This document shows, piece after piece, positions 57,737-64,000 of a stretch of 64,000 bases of DNA. Position numbers and translations under genes: made by a program. Every line of letters starts with the position of its first letter. The stretch's first letter is position 1. The stretch is from Acidimicrobiales bacterium (GTDB taxonomy: Bacteria; Actinomycetota; Acidimicrobiia; Acidimicrobiales; Acidimicrobilacustridaceae), in assembly GCA_025455885.1 (NCBI GenBank), contig JALOLR010000006.1, forward strand, positions 13,913 through 77,912, given 5' to 3'. The notes beneath the pieces were generated by a model that had not been told where the DNA came from, searched no databases, and saw nothing but the letters and a program-made list of their open reading frames with translations.

Positions 57737-58708
57737 GTGACCACCTCCCGGACCGACGAGCCCGCCGTGCTGCTGGCCAGCGCCCGGTCGGGGAACCGGG
57801 GATCGTTGGCCCGGCTGCTCTCCATGGTCGAACAAGGTGGTGAGTCCGCCCACGCCGTCGGCCGGGTCGTGCACGCCGAGGGCGGTGCGGCGACCACCAT
57901 CGGGCTCACCGGTTCCCCGGGTGCCGGGAAGTCGACGCTGACCGCCGCGCTGCTGGCCGAGGCACGGGCCGCGGGGGAGCGGGTGGCGGTCCTGGCCGTC
58001 GATCCGTCATCGCCGTTCACCGGTGGGGCGATCCTCGGTGACCGGGTGCGGATGGACGCCCACGCCCTCGATCCGGGCGTGTACATCCGGTCGATGGCGA
58101 CCCGTGGGCACCTGGGTGGGCTGTCGCTGGCCGCGCCCGAGGCGATCCGGGTGCTCGACGCCGCCGGTTGGCCGTGGATCGTGCTCGAGACCGTCGGGGT
58201 CGGCCAGGTGGAGGTCGAGGTGGCCGGCGAGGCCGACACGACCGTCGTCGTGGTGAACCCGGGGTGGGGTGACGCCGTGCAGGCCAACAAGGCCGGCCTC
58301 CTGGAGATCGCCGACGTCTTCGTGATCAACAAGGCCGACCGTCCCGGTGCCGCCGACACCCGCCGCGATCTCGAGTCGATGCTCTCGTTGACCGACGGTG
58401 GGCGGGCCGGCGCGGCGCCGGGGTGGCGGCCTCCGATCGTGGAGACGGTGGCGACGGTCGGCCAAGGAGCGGCGGAGCTCTGGGCGACGGTCCGCCGCCA
58501 CCAGGAGTGGGCCGCCGCGTCGGGGGCGCGCCAGGCGCGTCGGGGGCAACGCCTCACCGCGGAGCTGCACCGCATCCTCGCCGCCCGGCTCATGGCCCGG
58601 GCCACCGAGCTCGGGTCCGGCGCGTCGTTCGTGGAGCTGCTCGACGACGTGATCGCCCACCGCCTCGACCCGTGGTCGGCGGCCGATCGGCTGCTCGACG
58701 ACCTCTGA
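57737..58708 (+). CDS. meaB: Methylmalonyl-CoA mutase-associated GTPase
   Basis: GSPGAGKST, VDPSSPFTGGAILGDRVRM, RSMATRG, ETVGVGQ, NKAD. Confidence 0.95.
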   Translation: MTTSRTDEPAVLLASARSGNRGSLARLLSMVEQGGESAHAVGRVVHAEGGAATTIGLTGSPGAGKSTLTAALLAEARAAGERVAVLAVDPSSPFTGGAILGDRVRMDAHALDPGVYIRSMATRGHLGGLSLAAPEAIRVLDAAGWPWIVLETVGVGQVEVEVAGEADTTVVVVNPGWGDAVQANKAGLLEIADVFVINKADRPGAADTRRDLESMLSLTDGGRAGAAPGWRPPIVETVATVGQGAAELWATVRRHQEWAAASGARQARRGQRLTAELHRILAARLMARATELGSGASFVELLDDVIAHRLDPWSAADRLLDDL

Positions 58709-58874
58709 TCCGGCCGCGCCGACCGCGCGCCGTGGTGCGGGGCTGGGCCGAACGGACCGATTCGTGGGTCGCGGCTGCGGTGCCCTTGTCGGAGGGTCGG
58801 TCGTTGTCTACGGTCGGCCCCGGCGGTTCGGGCGCGGCGGCTCCTGATCCACGAGCGGGAAGGCGAGGAGAACA

Positions 58875-59552
58875 ATGGGTGATCACGCGCGTCGACGCGC
58901 CCGTCGAGGGGGCGCGACCGAGACGTCCGGTCGGTGGCGGTCGGGGCGGTCGCGACGGCGGGGAGGTGGGCCGGTCTCGGTCGGCGTCGTGATCGTCGCG
59001 GCCGGCCTCGTGGCGGCCGCCTGTGGCACAGGGTCGACGGCCCCCCTGCCGCCGATGGCCGACGAGGCCGTCTCGACCGCTGCGCCCCCGACGAGCGCGC
59101 CGGCCACGACCACGACGAGCCCGCCGCCCCTGTCCGACGAGGACCAGGTCGCCGAGCTCTACCGCCGGTTCTGGATGGTCGCGATCGATGCAGGGAACCC
59201 GGCGGACCCGTCCTCGCCCGTGATCCCGGCGATCGCCACCGGCGCGGCGCTCGACGGGTTCCGGGCCGGACTCCAGAACTTCGCGGAGACCGGACGTTCG
59301 CTCCGCCTACCCCAACCCTCCGTCTCGGGGGTCTTCGACCTCGTCGTCACCGTCTCGGGTGACGTCGCCACCATCGACGCGTGCGTCGTCGACGACGCGA
59401 TCGTCTTCGATCGGGTCAACGGCCGCACCCTGAACGATCAGGTGGCCTCGGGCCCCGTGGAGGCCGTTGCCCGTCGAACGGAGGACGGTTGGAGGATCGA
59501 GCGCAGCACCCAGCCCGTCCAGGAGTTCGGAACGGGAGGGTGCGCCCCATGA
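58875..59552 (+). CDS. Hypothetical lipoprotein (NTF2/SnoaL-like C-terminus)
   Basis: LVAAAC lipobox, Thr/Pro linker, ATGAAL...ATIDACVVD pattern; true start probably near 58970. Confidence 0.7.
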   Translation: MGDHARRRARRGGATETSGRWRSGRSRRRGGGPVSVGVVIVAAGLVAAACGTGSTAPLPPMADEAVSTAAPPTSAPATTTTSPPPLSDEDQVAELYRRFWMVAIDAGNPADPSSPVIPAIATGAALDGFRAGLQNFAETGRSLRLPQPSVSGVFDLVVTVSGDVATIDACVVDDAIVFDRVNGRTLNDQVASGPVEAVARRTEDGWRIERSTQPVQEFGTGGCAP

Positions 59553-60394
59553 TCCGTCGATCGCTCGCCTCGCTCGCAGTCTGCCTGGGCGTCGTCGGGG
59601 CGAACCTCCATCCGGGGCCGCTCACCGCGCTGCAAGGGGGGTCGCTGGGCCCTGGGGCGGGGATCGTCGGGGGGAGTCCCGAGGCGGTGGTGGTGGTCGG
59701 CGGCTCGGGGGTCGTGGCGTCGTGGGGCACGTCGACGGGCGGGCGGATCTGGACGTGCCGGTACCACGAGTGGCTCGACGGTGCCCCGATCCCGGTCGTC
59801 GGGGACGCGCCCGCCGACCCCCGCGGCGGGCGGCTCTACCTCTTCACCTGCACCGACGCCGGTGGTGAGGTCGTCGACGCGCGGCTTGTGGTGTTCGACC
59901 CGGGTGATCCCCTCGCCGGGGTGGCGGCCGCCGAGCGGGCCCGCGAGGAGGCCCGGCGTCGGTTGGTGCTGCCCGCGCCCCGCCCGGCCCTGAACCCGCC
60001 CGGCCCCCAGCTGGTCGGCCTGCCGACCTGGCTCTGGCTCGAGGGCCCCTGGGCCCCGGCGTCGGCCACGGCCGCGATCGGGGCGGTCGCCTCCACGGTC
60101 ACCGCCCGGCCCGTGCGGGCCACGTGGGACATGGGCGACGGCACCGTCGTCGAGTGCGGCCCCGGGGTCCCCTTCGACCCCGCGCTGGACCTGGGGGTGC
60201 AGTCGAGCGACTGCACCCACCTCTTCATCCGCGCCAGCCGGGGCGCTCCCGGCGGCGTCTACACCGTCCGCGTGACGGTCACCCACGCCGTCGAGTGGGC
60301 GGCCAGCACCGGCGCGGGCGGGCCGCTCGGCACGCTCACCACCGAGCTGGCCCTCCCCGTCGTCGTCCAGCAGGCCCAGGCCGTCATCCGCTGA
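59549..60394 (+). CDS. Secreted protein with PKD-like C-terminal domain
   Basis: Signal-like N-terminus; LVGLPTWLW...ATWDMGDG..VECGPG...SDCTHLF...YTVRVTV..W; ATGA overlap with upstream gene. Confidence 0.75.
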   Translation: MIRRSLASLAVCLGVVGANLHPGPLTALQGGSLGPGAGIVGGSPEAVVVVGGSGVVASWGTSTGGRIWTCRYHEWLDGAPIPVVGDAPADPRGGRLYLFTCTDAGGEVVDARLVVFDPGDPLAGVAAAERAREEARRRLVLPAPRPALNPPGPQLVGLPTWLWLEGPWAPASATAAIGAVASTVTARPVRATWDMGDGTVVECGPGVPFDPALDLGVQSSDCTHLFIRASRGAPGGVYTVRVTVTHAVEWAASTGAGGPLGTLTTELALPVVVQQAQAVIR

Positions 60395-60400
60395 GCCGGC

Positions 60401-60787
60401 TCAGTCGCCGTTGCGGGCCACCAGCGCGTCGCGGATCTGGGTCAACAACTCGAGCTCGGTGGCCTCGGCCTCCTCAGCCTCGGCCTCGCGGCCCTTCCGG
60501 TAGGCCATCGCCGCGTTGGCCGCCTTGATCACCAGGAACATCGCCGCGGCGATGATCAGGAAGTTGACCAGGGCGGTGAGGAAGAGGCCGTACTGGATCT
60601 GGCCCTTGCCGAGCGAGAACGTCAGGCTGTCGAAGTTCGGCTGGCCGAACAGCGCAGCGACGAGGTTCATGAGGATGCCGTTGGCGAAGGCGCTCACCAC
60701 GGCCCCGAACGCGGCGCCGATGATCACGGCGACGGCGAGGTCCATGACGTTGCCCCTCAGGATGAACTCCTTGAACTCCTTCAACAT
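60401..60787 (-). CDS. mscL: Large-conductance mechanosensitive channel
   Basis: MLKEFKEFILRGNVMDLAVAVIIGAAF, YGLFL, ELLTQIRDAL. Confidence 0.95.
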   Translation of the reverse strand: MLKEFKEFILRGNVMDLAVAVIIGAAFGAVVSAFANGILMNLVAALFGQPNFDSLTFSLGKGQIQYGLFLTALVNFLIIAAAMFLVIKAANAAMAYRKGREAEAEEAEATELELLTQIRDALVARNGD

Positions 60788-60904
60788 GGTGGCCTCCCGG
60801 CGAACGTCCGACCCCGAGCCGGGTGCCCGGGGCTCATCAAGGAGTCTGCTACGGGTCCCGGCGCCCGCTCGGCGACCGGTCACCGCCGGGTACTGTCGCA
60901 CGCC

Positions 60905-61681
60905 ATGTCCGAGGAACTGGTGTCCGTCGAGCGACGCGACGACGGGGTCGCGCTGGTGCAGCTCCGCAACGGCAAGGTCAACTCGATCTCGACCGCCGTG
61001 CTCGGGCGCCTCCTCGAGGTGGCCGGGGACATGACGGTGGACCCGCCTGGTGCGATCGTCCTCACCGGGAGCGATCGGATCTTCGCCGCCGGGGCCGACA
61101 TCGCCGAGTTCGGCGGACCCGACGAGGCCCGCCGGATCGGCGCCCGTTGGCTCGAGACCCTGGAGGCGATCGCCGCCATCCCGCGGGTGACCATCGCCGC
61201 CATCGCCGGTCCGGCCCTCGGCGGCGGGTGCGAGCTGGCGCTGGCCTGCGACTTCCGGATCGCGTCCGAGCGGGCCAAGCTCGGCCAGCCCGAGATCCTC
61301 CTCGGCATCATCCCCGGTGGGGGCGGCACCCAGCGCCTGGCCCGCCTGCTCGGGTCGGCCCGCGCCAAGGACCTGGTCCTGTCCGGACGTCAGGTCCGTG
61401 CCGACGAGGCGCTCGCCATCGGCCTCGTCGACGAGGTGGTGGCGTCCGAGGACGTCCTCGGACGGGCGCTCGACCTCGCCGCCACCTACGCCCGAGGTCC
61501 GCTCGCCGTGCAGGCCATCGCCAAGCGGGTGATCGACGCGGGACTCGACACGTCGTTGGCCGAGGGCCTACGTCTCGAGCAGGCCGCGTTCGTCGAGGCG
61601 TTCGGCACCGAGGACGCGGCCGTCGGTGTGGCGTCGTTCCTCGAGCACGGCCCGGGACAGGCGGCTTTCACCGGTCGCTGA
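60905..61681 (+). CDS. Enoyl-CoA hydratase/isomerase family protein
   Basis: FAAGADI, ALGGGCEL, GQPEILLGIIPGGGGTQRL. Confidence 0.93.
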   Translation: MSEELVSVERRDDGVALVQLRNGKVNSISTAVLGRLLEVAGDMTVDPPGAIVLTGSDRIFAAGADIAEFGGPDEARRIGARWLETLEAIAAIPRVTIAAIAGPALGGGCELALACDFRIASERAKLGQPEILLGIIPGGGGTQRLARLLGSARAKDLVLSGRQVRADEALAIGLVDEVVASEDVLGRALDLAATYARGPLAVQAIAKRVIDAGLDTSLAEGLRLEQAAFVEAFGTEDAAVGVASFLEHGPGQAAFTGR

Positions 61682-61752
61682 GCAGGTCGCCGGCCCGGTC
61701 CCCCTCGGGGTCGCGCGGTCGCGATCCGGCGCCGTCTCGGTAGCGTCGGGCC

Positions 61753-62610
61753 GTGACCGCCCCGACCCCGATCACGACCTGCTACCGCCACGACGACCGT
61801 CGGGCCGGGGTCTCGTGCCAGCGCTGTGGGCGTCCGATCTGCCCGAGCTGCATGAACCAGGCGTCGGTGGGGTTCCACTGCCCGGAGTGCACCCACGAGG
61901 GGGCCAAGCGGTCGCGATCGATCCGCATGCGCGACCTCGGGCCCAGCCGACCGGTCGTCACCATGGTGCTCATCGGCATCAACGTCGCCGCCTTCGTGGC
62001 CATGTCCGTCGTCGGGCGCTCGTTCATGTCGGCCGGCGGTCGGGTCTACACCGACGGCGCGCTCTTCGGGCCCCTCGTCGACCAGGGCGACTGGTACCGG
62101 GTCGTCACCGGCGGGTTCCTGCACGCCGGGCTCTTCCACCTCGGCATGAACATGCTGCTGCTGTGGCTCCTCGGTCAGATGCTCGAGCCGATGCTCGGGC
62201 GACTGCGCTTCGCCACGCTGTACATGGCCTGCCTCGTCGCCGGAAGCTTCGGGGTGCTGCTGGTCTCGCCGAACTCCCCGACCATCGGTGCCTCGGGCGC
62301 GGTGTTCGGCCTGATGGGGGCGGCCGTGGTCGCGCAGCGGCGCGAGGGGATCAACGTGTGGCGCAACGGCATCGGGGGCCTGGTCGTGGTCAACCTGATG
62401 CTCACGTTCCTCGTGCCGGGCATCAGCGTCGGCGGCCACGTCGGCGGGCTCGTCGGTGGTGTGGTGATCGGCGCCGTCGTCTTCGCTCTCGACCGGGCGA
62501 CCGCCGCGCCGTGGGTGGGTGCCGCGGTCACGGTGGCCATCACGGTGGTCCTCTACGCCGGGTGCCTGTGGGCCGCCGGACAGTGGGCCAGCCCGTTGCT
62601 CGACCTCTGA
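61753..62610 (+). CDS. Rhomboid intramembrane protease with N-terminal zinc (B-box-like) domain
   Basis: CYRH..R...CQRC.RPIC..C...CPEC; FLHAG..H..MN, GASG, GGHVGG. Confidence 0.92.
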   Translation: MTAPTPITTCYRHDDRRAGVSCQRCGRPICPSCMNQASVGFHCPECTHEGAKRSRSIRMRDLGPSRPVVTMVLIGINVAAFVAMSVVGRSFMSAGGRVYTDGALFGPLVDQGDWYRVVTGGFLHAGLFHLGMNMLLLWLLGQMLEPMLGRLRFATLYMACLVAGSFGVLLVSPNSPTIGASGAVFGLMGAAVVAQRREGINVWRNGIGGLVVVNLMLTFLVPGISVGGHVGGLVGGVVIGAVVFALDRATAAPWVGAAVTVAITVVLYAGCLWAAGQWASPLLDL

Positions 62611-62636
62611 GCGCCCGGCGGGCCGGCCGATCGGGG

Positions 62637-63077
62637 TCAGGCCCCTTCGACGATCCGCTTCAGGTTGCGCAGGTTCTTCTTCCAGATGAGCCGCAGCACC
62701 TCGCCGCCGACCGCGGCGCCGAACGGCCCCCCCATCCACCAGGGGAAGGTCAACCTCTCGGTCCAGGTGAAGCGGGTGCGCCCGCCCCGGGCCCGCTTGA
62801 GGGTGAAGACCCCGGTCCCGGTCACCATGCCGACGTGGCGCACCCCCATGGCCCGGCGGGGTTCCCACCGGGTGATCTCCATGCGGTCGGTGAGCCGGAA
62901 CGGGCCCACCTTCGTGTCGCAGTCGAACGTCGTGCCCACTCCCGATGTGCTCGCCGACGTGAAGCGGATGGCGACCGCGTCCTCCATCCACTCGACGTGG
63001 TGGCCGACGTCCTTCACGACCGCCCACACGTCGCTCGGAGCGGCGTCGATCACGGTGCTCACACGGATGCCCGACAT
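62637..63077 (-). CDS. SRPBCC (polyketide cyclase/START-like) protein
   Basis: IDAAPSDVWAVV, GVGTTF, ITRWEP..MGVRH, TRFTWTE. Confidence 0.85.
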   Translation of the reverse strand: MSGIRVSTVIDAAPSDVWAVVKDVGHHVEWMEDAVAIRFTSASTSGVGTTFDCDTKVGPFRLTDRMEITRWEPRRAMGVRHVGMVTGTGVFTLKRARGGRTRFTWTERLTFPWWMGGPFGAAVGGEVLRLIWKKNLRNLKRIVEGA

Positions 63078-63081
63078 GGGT

Positions 63082-63999
63082 TCAGCGTACGGAGTCGGGT
63101 GCGTCCTCCGGCGGTCGGGAGGCTGCGGCTCCGCGGAGCTGGGTGGCGGCCTGCTCGGGGGCGACGATGTTGATCAGCACACCGGTCCCCGCCTCGAAGC
63201 CGGCGACGCTGGTGAGGCGGGGAAGGGCGTGCACGTGCCAGTGGAAGGGCCCGTCGGCGTGATGGGGGGCCGAGTGGGCGACGAGGTTGTACGCGACGTC
63301 GCCGACCAGCGCGGTGAGCGTCGCGAGCGCGTCGCGGAGGGCACGGCCGACGGCGACGAGGTCGCCCGGTGCAGCCTCCGCGAGGTGGGTCTCGTGGGTG
63401 CGGGGGATCACCAGCAGCTCGTAGGGCGTGGCGCTCCAGTACGGGCACAGGACGACGACCCGGTCGTCGAAGCCCACCACCCGTACCCCGGCGTCGAGCT
63501 CGGCGGTCACGGTTGCGCACAGCACGCACGCCCCGTGGCGGTGGTCGTGAGAAGCGAACCCGCGACTCTCGGCGGCCAGCTCCTCAGGGACGAAGGGGAT
63601 GCCGAGCAGCTGCCCGTGGGGGTGCTCCAGCGAGGCGCCCGCCTCCCGGCCGTGGTTGACGATGACCTGGGTGTAGCGGACCCCGGCCTGGTGGGCGTGC
63701 TCCTCCATCCGGTCACGCACCGCGGCCATGGTGAGGCCGACCTGCCTGTCGTCGAGATCGGCCCAGCTGGCGTCGTGGTCCGGCGAGAACACCAGCACCT
63801 CGTGGATCCCCGTGGCCGGGGCCTGGGCGAAGAGCGGCCCGAGGTCGGTGACCGTGAAGGGCTCACGGCCCTCGAACGCCGGGTACAGGTTGGGGACCAC
63901 CCGCACCAACCAGCGGCCGTCGCGGGCGTAGGTCTCCAGCGCCGGCGGGGTCTCCTCCTCGTGGCCGGGGCAGAACGGGCACGGGCGGGTCTCGGCCCC
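63082..63999 (-). CDS. galT: Galactose-1-phosphate uridylyltransferase, 5' end beyond the window
   Basis: CPFCPG, VVPNLYPAF, HEVLV, NHGREAGASLEHPHGQL (HPH nucleophile), FHWH. Confidence 0.92.
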   Translation of the reverse strand, partial: GAETRPCPFCPGHEEETPPALETYARDGRWLVRVVPNLYPAFEGREPFTVTDLGPLFAQAPATGIHEVLVFSPDHDASWADLDDRQVGLTMAAVRDRMEEHAHQAGVRYTQVIVNHGREAGASLEHPHGQLLGIPFVPEELAAESRGFASHDHRHGACVLCATVTAELDAGVRVVGFDDRVVVLCPYWSATPYELLVIPRTHETHLAEAAPGDLVAVGRALRDALATLTALVGDVAYNLVAHSAPHHADGPFHWHVHALPRLTSVAGFEAGTGVLINIVAPEQAATQLRGAAASRPPEDAPDSVR

Positions 64000-64000
64000 G

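Overview
Very GC-rich actinobacterial chromosome segment, densely coding. Gene content and synteny suggest class Acidimicrobiia (inference, not verified). No transposase, integrase, prophage, CRISPR array or rRNA was found. It holds about 63 CDS and one tRNA-Ala(CGC). Housekeeping genes include dxs, galU-moeA-moaA-moaC, uppP, glpX, murA, meaB, mscL, galT and Sua5. Lipid/steroid catabolism and envelope genes include an OB-fold/thiolase/thiolase triad, a patatin, a desaturase, an acyl-CoA ligase and an L,D-transpeptidase. Most notable signals: (1) an sqr-tusE-dsrE2 sulfur-trafficking cassette behind a CsoR/CstR-type palindromic operator, right after the tRNA; (2) a tldD gene followed by two tandem pmbA paralogues; (3) an LLM monooxygenase coupled to an isochorismatase-fold protein whose catalytic triad is replaced, plus a TetR; (4) a clean CIRCE (HrcA) box upstream of an FmdB zinc-ribbon gene; (5) several unannotated modules: an atypical C-terminal J-domain protein, a divergent pair of MG[LI]F-start proteins, a pseudokinase/UPF0104 fusion and an N-terminally extended MFS. 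All family calls come from reading motifs by eye, with no database searches. Start codons were adjusted manually and several are uncertain.
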